From positions 7,998,001-8,062,000 of the forward strand of contig OX597842.1 of assembly GCA_951406725.2 (NCBI GenBank): a stretch of 64,000 nt of DNA, read 5' to 3'. Source of the DNA: Octopus vulgaris. Taxonomy: Eukaryota. Both the position numbers and the translations under genes were made by a program. The notes beneath the pieces are model-generated. The model was given only the letters and a program-made list of their open reading frames with translations, ran no database searches and was not told where the DNA came from. Shown here piece by piece: positions 1 through 64,000 of this stretch; the stretch's first letter is position 1; each line of letters begins with the position of its first letter.

Positions 1-52178
<52,178 letters not shown>

Positions 52179-52669
52179 CTGAATGACCAACAATGGACAT
52201 GGATGGGATGAACCAGGTGAAAAGGGTAAGCAAAGTAGAGTGGGCAGAAACAGCAAAGTTGGTTGAGCAGTCACAGAAAATGCAGGTGTGTGTACGTAAG
52301 TTGATAAATGTATGTGTGTGTACAGGTGTCCAGGGTCAGATGGTCAGCAAACACAGGCAGATTTCCAGAGAGGCAGAAACAGGAACGATGGAAGAATGGT
52401 CAACCGAAAATGGAAACAAAAGAAGTGTTAAGAATCAAATTGATTATACATTTCAAAATGTATACGTTATATATACGTATGTATGTATATATATATATAT
52501 ATATATAATGTATGTATGTATATATATATATATATATATATATAAATATAATATATGTGTATATATATATAAAGTTAATCCAAACAAGAAAACAAAGACA
52601 AAACGCAAGGATGTGGAACAAATAAAGTATTATTGGACGCTCAGGAAAGAAGGAGAAAATGTATGTATG

Positions 52670-52710
<41 letters not shown>

Positions 52711-52979
52711 AATTAGAGATAAAACCACTATTATGCCACTTAAGTTATATGTTTTATAAAAATATATTATTTGTTTTTTATGTATTGGTTTATGTCTATC
52801 ATTGTTTGAGTTGCATAATAGTTGTTTTATCTCTAATTTATATTTTATATATTATACTGTGAAATTTGATTTAATACTAAATTGAATCTTTCCCTATAAG
52901 TTTGGAGTTATACTCCCTAATATTATATATATATTATTAGTAGCTCTTTCGGTTGTGTATTTAATTTCGTATGTATGTA

Positions 52980-53040
<61 letters not shown>

Positions 53041-53779
53041 ACACACACACGAAATTAAATACACAACCAAAAGAGCTACTAATAATTTCATGATATTATG
53101 ATAGTTGAACAGACATACTTATAAAATACGCCATGTATCTTAAAACAATCTTTCAGGCTCTGTTTATGCATTATATATAATTTTTAAAAACCAGGGAGCT
53201 GGACAGTAAGGAAATAAGAAAGATATATGGAAAAAGCATGAAAGTTGGTGCAAAAAATGAAAGAAAAAGAAACAATCAAAAAACTAAGATCTTAGTCCTC
53301 ACAGATTGCAGAAAACTCATTAAATACAACTGGTTTAGAACACAATAACAGAAAATATGTCTCAGTCTGCAAGACTCAATCCATATACACACACACATAT
53401 TTTGTACTGTCGTTACTATCCTGGTTTTGTTACCATTTTTACCCCTCTGCGAAAAGATCTCAAATTTTAATTGATTTGCTTTTCGCAGGAAGGAAAGTTT
53501 CTTATCGAAGATACGTCTCGCCTTCACCTTCGAAACGTAGAGTAGATGAAACCATGGCAACTGAAGAAGGGGTTTTTTCTTTGTGTTAATTGTCCTGTAC
53601 TCTATTTTTTTGTTGTTTAAAAAAATGTCCAGTTCCTTGGGTTTGTGTCTATGTTTTCGTTTCTCATTGTGTTCGACGTTTTTTTTGGTGTCCTGTACTC
53701 ATATATGCGTGTATATGTACATGTAGAGGTAGGTACGTACGTACATATATATATATATATGCATATGTTTTATTTATTA

Positions 53780-53812
<33 letters not shown>

Positions 53813-55067
53813 TTGCATTTTAACAACCATTTTTTCAATGGTTGCATGGGTCTGAATTCAATGAGGCAGATTTTCTATGGCCAGATAGCCTTCCTATTGC
53901 TCACCCTCACCCCGTTTCCAAGAAAGGTTTTAATGGAGGTTCAGAAACACCACCTGCATTGCTGCATGGTCATACTAATTTTCAACGTTCACACAATACC
54001 AAGACAAGGAAATGCTCATGCACATACATGTGTGTGTTTGTATATATGTATAAATAGGAGTTTAAAAATTCCCTTTCTGCTACTATAAGAATCTCCATGA
54101 TGGTAAACATACTTTTTTTACAAAGGCAAAGAGAAAAGCAATGAATCAACACGACCAGGAGATTCTTATAGTAGTAGAAAGGGATTTTTTAACTCCTATT
54201 TCTAATTTCGGTATGTGGTGAAGCACTTAGCTGAACCCTAATTATAATTATGTAGATAATTTTACCTATAAAGGTTATTTTAATGTACCCATCTACTTGG
54301 TAAAATTGTTAATTGATTAATTAATAAATTTTACCCTTCTATTATATATATATATATATATACATATACATACATACATACAGGTGTGGCTGTGTAATAA
54401 GTTTTCTTCCCAACCACACAGTTCTGGGTTCAAGTCCCACTGGGTGGTACCTTGGGCAACTGTCTTCCACTGAAGCCTCCACCTAACCAAAGCCTTCTGA
54501 GTGGATTCAGTAGACAGACATTGATGATAGCCAGTTATGTGTGTGTGTATCTCATCTTTTACTCGTTTCAATCATTGGACTGTGGTCATGCTGGGGCAGG
54601 GGTGACACCAGTATTTATTTTAAGCGTGGCACTTATTTTATCAGTATCTTTTGCCCAGCTGCTAAGTTATGGGGATGTAAACACACCTAGACACGATGGG
54701 CTTCTTTCAGTTTCTGTCTACCAAATCTACTCACAAGGCTTTGGTTGGCCCAAGGCTGTAGAAAAAATTTGCCCAGGATTTCATGCAGCGGGACAACCCA
54801 AACTTCTTAACACAGTCACGACTATATATATAAATATATGCACATATATGTATATATACATACCTACATATATATGTATATCTACATGCATATATAGGTA
54901 CAGGACATAACGGAGAAACGAGACATGCAACATAAAGAATATTCCCCTTCATCAGTTGTCCCTGTTTCATCTACTCCACGTTTCAAAAGCAAAGACAATT
55001 ATATGTATATAATGATAGATCATTAGCCACTACACACATCTTTTTCTCTCCTTGTTTTTTCTGTGTC

Positions 55068-55105
55068 CCTTTCTGTAGAAGAGCGTAAGCTCGAAACGTA
55101 AAAGG
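55068..55105 (+). ncRNA. Hammerhead-like motif with variant core (copy 2)
   Basis: CCUUU-CUGUAGAA-GAGC guaa GCUC-GAAA-CG-UA-AAAGG. Confidence 0.6.
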
Positions 55106-55194
55106 CTTTTTCTATTCCTGAGCGTTATATTAATACATCTGTTTGTTTTGTACACCACCTGTCTTCGTCTTTTGTTTTTTTCATAAACTCTCCC

Positions 55195-55230
<36 letters not shown>

Positions 55231-56785
55231 TATATATTTACTTGTATCTTTGTTTCTGCTTCACCCCACCCTCTATCACTCAATAATATTGCTTTTGGTC
55301 TCCATAAGTTGGCAGTCCAGAAGAAGAAACAGTATCATGTTTAACCCTTTAGCATTTAAACTGGCCATATCCGGCCAAAAGTATTCTGCCTGTTTTATGT
55401 TCAAACAGGCCATATCTGGTCTCTCACACCAACCCTACAATATCATCTTAAACATTAACAGTTACCTCATCAAAATCTCACAGCTACAAGATAATGCATG
55501 ATTAGTTTAAAACAATGTGGATAAAAGAGGATTAATTTTGGCAGGATAATGTGAACACTAAAGGGTTAAGAATAATAGGTTCTGAGGTCAATTTCTTTGA
55601 CTAAAAATCTCTTCAAAGCAAACACACACACACACACAGGGTGTCCCAGAATTGACCATTGATTTCAGTGAAATTGGACAATTTAAAAAAAGAACTAATT
55701 TATTCATATTGTTTCATGTTTAATGCGTTAAAAGTGTATAATTTTTGTAAATTTCATATTAATTCTTGTTGGATCCCACATCTGCTAAGAAGCTTGCTTC
55801 TACTCAGAAGGTTCTGGTCAGCCTGAGGCTATGCATTATGATTGCATTGGATATGCACCTGGATCTATGTGGTTGGGAAGCAAACATCTTGGTAGACATG
55901 TATCTTTGTCTCTCATGGTGTGACAACTGGTGTTTGTTTATTTGCATCCCTGTAACTTGGCAGTTCAGCAAAAGATAAAAGAAATAGCAATCCTTTGGAG
56001 AGGGTATCACAAAACTGAAATTAAAGAGTATTCATTTTATCTATTTGGCAATTTCTGTAAAAAAATTTTTTAGGCGTAGGAGTGGCTATGTGGTAAGTAG
56101 CTTGCTTATGAACCGCATAGTTCTGGGTTCAGTCCCACTGCATGGCACCTTGGGCAAAAGTCTTCAACTATAGCCTCAGGCCAACCAAAGCCTTGTGAGT
56201 GGATTTGGTAGACGGAAACTGAAAGAAGCTTGTCGATATATGTATATATATGTATGTGTGTGTGTGTGTGTGTGTATATGTTTGTCCCTCCAACATCACT
56301 TTACACCCTCGTAACTTAGCGGTTTAGAAAAAGAGACCGGTAGAATAAGTACTAGGCTTACAAAGAATAAGTCTTGGGGTCAATTTGCTTGACTAAAGGC
56401 GGTGCTCCAGCATGGCAATAGTCAAATGACTGAAACAAGTAAAAGATTATTTCCTGCTCAGTGACAATTTTGTGCATGCACACACACACCCATTTTCTTT
56501 CAAGTCCACAAACAAGTTGAACAGTGAAACACTCACTCACACACGTTTTTCTGCTTTGACGAATTGCTAATATTTATGCATGAATGCATATTTGTCTACG
56601 CTATAGGCACAGGAGTGGCTGTGTGGTAAGTACCTTGCTTACCAACCACATGGTTCTGGGTTCAGTCCCACTGCGTGGCACTTTGGGCAAGTGTCTTCTA
56701 CTATAGCCTCGAGCCGACCAAAACCTTGTGAGTGGATTTGGTAGGCGGAAACTGAAAGAAACCCGTCGTGTATTTGTATACATAC

Positions 56786-56823
<38 letters not shown>

Positions 56824-56831
56824 ATACATAC

Positions 56832-56885
<54 letters not shown>

Positions 56886-57469
56886 ATGTGTGTATATGTT
56901 TGTCTGTTTTTGTCCCAACATCACTTGACAACTGATGCTGGTGTGTTTACGTCCCTGTAACTTAGCGGTTCGGCAAGAGAAACCGATGGAATAAGTACTA
57001 GGCTTACAAAGAATAAGTCATGGGGTCGATTTGCTCGACTAAAGGTGGTGCTCCAGCATGGCCACAGTCAAATGACTGAAACAAGTAAGAGAGTATGTAT
57101 AGGTCTGTGTGTGAGCTGGAATTAAAGACATTTTTTAAATTTACAGAAATTGCCAAACAGATAAAACACAACCATCTTTCGTTTCAGTTTTAGTGAAACC
57201 AACTCCAAAGGATAGCCACAAAAAAAAAGGGGGGGCAGCCAATGGCACCCTGGGCAAGTGTCTTCTACTATAGCCTCGGGCTCTTTTGGGTGGATTTCGT
57301 AGATGGACAGAAAGAAGCTTGTTGTGTGTATGACCCCGCCACCATCACTTGACGACCAAGTGACCAATAGTGTTAAGTACTAGGCTTTTAAAAAAAATAA
57401 GTACAAGTGTCGATCCTTTTGACTAAAACTCTTTGATGCGGTGATCCTGCATGGCCACGGTCTAATGAC

Positions 57470-58133
57470 TGATAGATAGGTAGACGATGGATGGATGGTT
57501 AATAGATAGATAGATGATAGAGAGAGATAGATAATAGGTAGATGATGAACAATAGATGATGGATGGTGAATGATGGATAGAGATGATAGAGAGAGAGAGA
57601 GATAGACAGATGAGAGAGATAGATAGATGAGAGAGAGAGAGATAGATGAGAGAGAGAGAGAGAGATGAGAGATACAGACGAGAGAGAGAGAGAGAGATGA
57701 GAAATACAGACGACAGAGAGAGACGATAGAGGGAGAGAGAGAGACGATAGAGGGAGAGAGATAGACAATAGAGGGAGAGAGAGACAGACGATAGAGAGAG
57801 ACAGACGATAGAGAGAGAGAGACAGACGATAGAGAGAGAAAGACAGACGATAGAGAGAGAGAGAGAGACAGACGATAGAGAGAGAGAGACAGACGATAGA
57901 GAGTGAGAGAGACAAACGATAGAGAGTGAGAGAGACAAACGATAGAGAGTGAGAGACAAACGATAGAGAGTGAGAGAGACAAACGATAGAGAGAGAGAGA
58001 GAGACGACAGAGAGAGAGAGACAGACGACAGGGGGAGAGAGAGAGACAGACGACAGGGGGAGAGAGACAGACGATAGAGAGAGAGAGAGACAGACGATAG
58101 AGATAGATAGATGGATGGATAGAGAGATAGATA
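57470..58133. repeat. Compound (GA)n/(GATA)n/GACAGACGATA microsatellite
   Basis: Purine-rich low-complexity tract with a higher-order GACAGACGATAGAGAGAGA unit. Confidence 0.95.
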
Positions 58134-61100
58134 TAAAAGGGCGATCTAATTGACTAAACTCTTCATAACTACGTGCTCCAGCAAGGACGGAGCTCAATGA
58201 CTGAAACCACATAAGGGCACATTTATACACGTTATACACACCCACAGTTGACGCGAATATCAGAAACGAGTGCATAAACAGTTACCTGTATTCACACGTT
58301 TATATACACGTGTGTACAGCCACGAGCGTGTATAATAAACCTGCAACACGCATATATATATCTGTATACACACTTTTGTACGCGTTAGATGTGCGTCTAT
58401 GTTTCATACACAATATATACCCGCACATATATAATTGATACAAAAGTACGCGGTTACAATTATGCGTCTATATATCAATATATACACAAACATGTATACA
58501 CATATACGTGCACACATTCATATACACACTGGACGGGGGGGAAAGTAAAAATCAACGAAACGAAACCCGCCGAGAAGAGAAACGAGAATCCAGTGATATA
58601 TATATATGCATATACACGCAGAAATCTATATATATACACACAAAGAGAACCGATATAACCTTGTGCGTGTATGTATGTGTGTGTGTATATATTCTCACAC
58701 TACGCAGTAGTTAAAAACCGGATCAACAAAGGGAGCAGCATGAAGTCGCTCGCTTTGCTAGAAATAGAAGTCAAATTTCCTTCAACACCATTGAAGAGAG
58801 TAGTCCCAGATAGATACCAATGTCTGAGATCGAAGACAAGCATGATAGCAGCTGAGCAATATCACAGCTGACAAAGAATTAAACACACGTGAGTGTGTAT
58901 GTATGTATATATATATATATATACATACACACGTTCCAACCTTAGGATGTCAAATCTGAACTCAAACCGCCAATTATTTTTCAACATTGGATACAAGACG
59001 AAATATGAGAAAGAAAGGTGTTCCGTCCAGTCTTTCATTTATGCAGTAATAATTAAAAATGAGGAGAAATTTGGCTGCTATTTCTAGCAGACAGAGTATT
59101 ACTTTGCAGGAGGGGGGAAGACGTTTGATTAGAATTTCATCGTCAACGCGATTTGAACTCGCGCCGTCATTGTGATCGACGCCATGTAATAATCACGAGA
59201 CTCAGGCGAAAAGCTTTCTTCACGTGGCTGCTCGCCGTGGCAGAAATCACAGCCAAATCACCCTCAAATAAAAACGCCACCGTCTTAAACACGCATGTGA
59301 CACATTTGGTCACGATAGTCCGAGTTAACCCAAGACAAGACCACGGCTAAAAGCCATAATTTCTCTCTTTAGATCAAAGACAGACGTTTTCGAGAGAGGG
59401 GGAGTGCGGAGGTTATTGATTAGATTTTGCTCATTACATCACTGGCACCTTAATTAAACCAACCCACGAAAGACAGAACAGGTAAGAGGGTCACCTCAGG
59501 GTTTGAACTCCCTTTGTCATCATGGCAGACTCGTCGACCGACATTACCTCAATAGTTATTTTCAATTTACTAGACAAAGCAAACAAATTTGAATATCGAT
59601 CCTGAGAGATGAGGTTATGGGAATAGATAAACGGTAGAGATGACTTCAGCGGAATTTGAACTCGAAACGTTAAGATCCGATACAAAGAGCAAAACTGCCG
59701 CCGCTGCCCTAACTATTAATTATACCACTTTACTACCCTCAATAATTTGTTTTCACAGAGGAACAGGATGAGAAATATTAGAGAAAAGGAATCAGTCGAC
59801 TGTATGGACCCAGAAGGGGTGAAATGTTCAGTCGACTTCGACAAGAGCCGAACCTCTATCGTCACAGAACAGAATGCCTCCCAGCTCTTTGTTTTAATAA
59901 TTTTCATACCTTAGCGCCCCAAGGCCCCTTCCCCGCCAGGTTTTTGCGAAATCTAAGTATACTTTATTTAATCGACCGCGGAAGGGTTGGAGCCAAAAAG
60001 TTAAATGATGACAATGTGAGTGAACGACACAAATACACAAGGTACGATTCGGTCGCTCTTCCGCCTTGCTTGTCAATAGTTAAATAATAATAATAGTGAT
60101 TTCAAATTTTAGCACAGGGCCAGCAGTTTTGAAAGGAGGGATCAGTTCATCACATTCGACCCCAGAACTTAGTACTTAATTATATCGACTTCGAAACAAT
60201 GAAAACTCGGCCTCCGCGGGAGTTTGAACCTAGAACGACGGAAGACGAAATGCCGAGAAGTATTTTAATCCAGCGTGCTAACAATTCTGCGAGCTCGCCA
60301 CTTTAATTTTAATCATTATTTCTACCATAAGAACAAGGCCTGAAATTTGAAGGGAGGGGCTAGTCGATTACATTCGACCCCTTAAAAGGATGAAAGGGAA
60401 AATCGACCTCGGCGGCATTTGAACTCGGAACGTAATGGCCACAATGCCGCGAATTTAGTCAGGCGTGACGAGCGAAGAATTCAATCGAAGACTCATTATT
60501 TAATTTGTGTCTGATTTTTATCGATCCCTACGAAGGATCAAAAGCAAAGCTGACCTTGGATGGACTAGAAATCAGACCGTTACAACCGGAACTTAATCAT
60601 GTGGAACTTCTTGTTAGGCCCTTTAAGCTATTCTACCCAACTCAACACCTTACTAATAATCGTTATTATTTTTAACACAGAAAGAAGGTCAGAAACCTGG
60701 AGGTGATTTCAATCGATTTGCATTGACCACTTGGCCGGTATCTTAATTTATCGACTCCAAAATTATGAAAAGCAAAGTTGACTTCGGTGACATTTGAAAC
60801 CAAAACGTAGTAAAATTATAATAATGGCTTCTGGCTCGGAACAAGTCTAGCAAATTTGAAAGAAGGGAACAAATCTACGTCAGCGACCCCATTTGCCTTG
60901 AGAAATGTAAGGCAAAGATCTCGAAACGTTAAAAAGGGGGGAGGGCGGAAGAAAACCCCCCAAGAATAAGAAAGCCTTAATAATAATGGTTCCCCAGTTT
61001 AGAGGTACGAGGTCAGCAATTTTAAGGGGAAGGGGTTAAGTCGATTACGTCCACCCCAGAACTTAACTGGTTCTTGATCAATTACCAAAAGTAAAAGGTA

Positions 61101-63213
61101 AAGTTGACCCCGGAGCGATTTGAACACGGAACGTCAAGAGCCGGAAGAAATACCGTAAAGATGAAAGGCTAATTATTATTATAATTATTCCTACTATAAT
61201 TACAGGGCCTGGAGTTGCGGGGAAGGGAGCTAGTCGACTACATCGACTCCCTGAGTTCAACCGATACTTTATTTCATCGACCCCCAGGAGGATGGAATTG
61301 GCGGGATTTGAACTCGCGAGATAGCGGAAGGATGAAAGAACGATGATGATGATGATGATAATAATAGTAATAGTAATAATAATACCATTGAAGACCTTTA
61401 AATCGGAGACTTATTTATTTGACTTCATTTATAATGGTAAAAAAATATCTCCTGAAACAAGGACGGTGAGTTGTGGCGTTCATGCAGCAGCAACAACAAC
61501 AGCAACGAAGGAGGAGGAAGAAATTGATTTAACACACTGCTAACGCTATATACAATAATTTTGCCGGCCTCACACGTGTGTATATATCTATACACACACC
61601 CGTATATACAAGCACATATATACACATATATATGCACACATACACACAAAATATGTATATATAATATATACACAAATATATGCACACATACACACAAAAT
61701 ATGTATATAATATATACACAAATATATGCACACATACACGCACAATATGTATATAATATATACACACTGAGTAATATGTATAGGGTTAGACCACAAGTCA
61801 GGAAAAGGTCTGAAATTCTAAATATCTTCTTGTATTTTTCTTATGCATTGATATTAAATGTTAACCTACGAAGTGACTTTATTAAAATATTGAAGAAAAA
61901 ATACAAAAATTTTTTTTAATAATTCATTAAAATTTCATTGAGTAATGATCCACCCTGCATGTGAGTGTGTATATATATGTATATATATATATATAGACGT
62001 TACTTACACATATATGCAATAGTGAGGCTTAGCGTCGGCATACATACAATGGGTTTAAAACAGCGGAATAAAAATTTTAATGCCATGAGAAATATGACAT
62101 GGATATGAATATACACTCACACATACTATATACACGCGCACTATGTACATACATTAACGAAATACAAATGAAACGTATATAAACACACACAAAAGAAATG
62201 CCTTTACATTTTATATATACACAGGCATGTATGTGTGTACACACACACACAAATACATATATATTCATAGATTTATGGGTCGGAAGAAGGCGAAACGATA
62301 TTAAATGTTGGTTGAAAGAAGCGACTGGGCTAATCCCACCTACCTATACGTATGTATACACACAAATACAGATTTATGAGTGCAGACACGTACACCCACA
62401 CCAATATAATACGTATTCATACATTCTCAAAGATGTATGAATGAAGCGACAGAAAAACCGTTATTCTTCTCTTCATGAATTGCTATGAACACCAATCCGT
62501 ATACGCTAAATATATAATACACACAATATTATATATATATATATATACATACATAAGCTTACCGGGGCGGTTGCCAACGACAGCTACATAATTTGTCAAC
62601 TAATAATATACATACATATATATATATACACACACAGACACGTTAGTTGACTTATTAACCGGTACTGTATATAAATATATACACGCACTCAACGAATAGC
62701 GTGTCTATACACCCGGTATTTTATATATGTATATATCTATATACGCACACACTCAATCACTCGCAAACACACGTATATACGAGGCTAAAAGCGTGTTTAA
62801 AGAAGGCAACAAAGGCGAAGTAATTAAAGATTTCCAGTGACCAGCGAAAATGTCAGCCATTTCTCCTCCATCTCTACACGTGTGTATGTGTATATAAATT
62901 TACACGCAATATATATATCCATACACATATATATTACTATTATTACACACTTCTGAGTAGAAACGAAGGCGTAGAAAAAAGCTGTTTCGCTGACCGCTTT
63001 CTCGACGAATAAATATGCAATGTATATATATATATTTATATACCAATTCCTACCAAACACCCTATGTATAAAAATATACACAAACATACAGTTATAATCT
63101 ATGAGTGTGCCTGTCATTTAAACAGACCCATCTCCATATACACATTCACTCGTTCAGACATGCAATAGAAGTAATAGTATAAAGCAAGAGACAAAAAGCT
63201 GTGCATTACTGAC

Positions 63214-63300
63214 CGTTGCAGCGAAAACCTGCAAATGATATAGGCTGCACCAATATGGCGGCTTTAATAGAGAGACAGACGGGAGAGAAAGAGAGGAATA
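63214..63300 (-). promoter_or_regulatory. Probable UBA1 TSS region / non-coding first exon with YY1-like motif
   Basis: The ATG exon begins at an acceptor, so an upstream UTR exon is required. Here a pyrimidine-rich stretch is followed by GCCGCCATATTG (63251-63262) and a CG|gtcagt donor after 63214, inside a visibly CpG-retaining zone. The 5' boundary is approximate. Confidence 0.5.
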
Positions 63301-64000
63301 GAGTAGAAAGAGAGAGTGAGGGCGGGAAGACGTAAAAAAAAAAAAAAAGTGACAGAGAGAAAGAGTGAGTAAAGGGGGCGACCCACGTGCTGCTGCTGCT
63401 GATGTTGGTGGTGGAAGCGATGAAAGCGACGGAGGTGAGGTTGCTTAAGAGGTAGGACACAGTTGCCTCGCCAGCTGTCTGTCACAGCGACCAGGCAGCC
63501 GGGCGACTGGGAGGAGGTGAGAGATGAAGGATAATGGCAGGCGGAGGAAGTGGAGGTTATATGACAATGACAGAGGGGGAGGATTGAGTAGCGGAGTAAG
63601 GGGAGGAGGCAGAGGTTGGCTAGAGAGAGAGAGTTGGAATTGAGGAAGAGATAAACAGAAGCAATTAGTGATGGGAAAGAAATACGAAGTGAATGACACA
63701 GTAAAAGATGGAGAGAGTGTAAGTTAAAGAGAGAGCAAGAAAGAAAAACGATAGGCGTTAGTGTGAGGGGAGGTTTAAAGGTGTTAGTGACAGCATAAGG
63801 GGATGAGGCGAGACATAATGAGAGGAGAGTGTGAGTTAGTAAAAGACATGAAGTGACAGAGTGAGGGAAAGCGATATGCAGTAAAATATGACAGAGTAGC
63901 AGTGAGAGTAGAACAGAAGGGGAGACAGAGCGGGAGTTAATGAAGTTTTTTCTTCTTTTTACGAGGAAGGAAAGTTATTTTTTAAATCTTTTACTTGTTT

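Noticed and set aside
57380-58275. Long ORFs of 165-258 aa (SLSLS/IVCL-rich)
   Set aside because: Translations of a GA/GATA microsatellite that lacks stops on that strand

Overview
AT-rich, repeat-dense eukaryotic genomic DNA. The SINE repertoire and gene architecture point to an octopus (coleoid cephalopod); this is inferred from recalled repeat families, not a database hit. The window is dominated by one minus-strand gene, UBA1 (ubiquitin-activating enzyme E1). I traced 26 GT-AG coding exons by hand from the ATG at 52178 to the left edge: 3117 nt, 1039 codons, frame continuous, with the last exon running off the window. A probable non-coding first exon and promoter lies near 63.2-63.3 kb. 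Introns hold three SINE families, CR1/RTE/other LINE fragments, a decayed piggyBac plus its MITEs, a Helitron-like element, a tRNA-His copy and microsatellites. The most notable extra signal is a set of candidate self-cleaving ribozymes in intronic mobile DNA: a canonical-core type I hammerhead sense to the UBA1 pre-mRNA inside a ~346-bp retrozyme/Penelope-like unit, two covarying hammerheads with a non-canonical CUGU core, a further canonical-core hammerhead, and an HDV-like pseudoknot at the 5' end of a TSD-flanked RTE-derived element. All folds were derived by eye and are untested. Most short ORFs in the supplied track are spurious translations of repeats.
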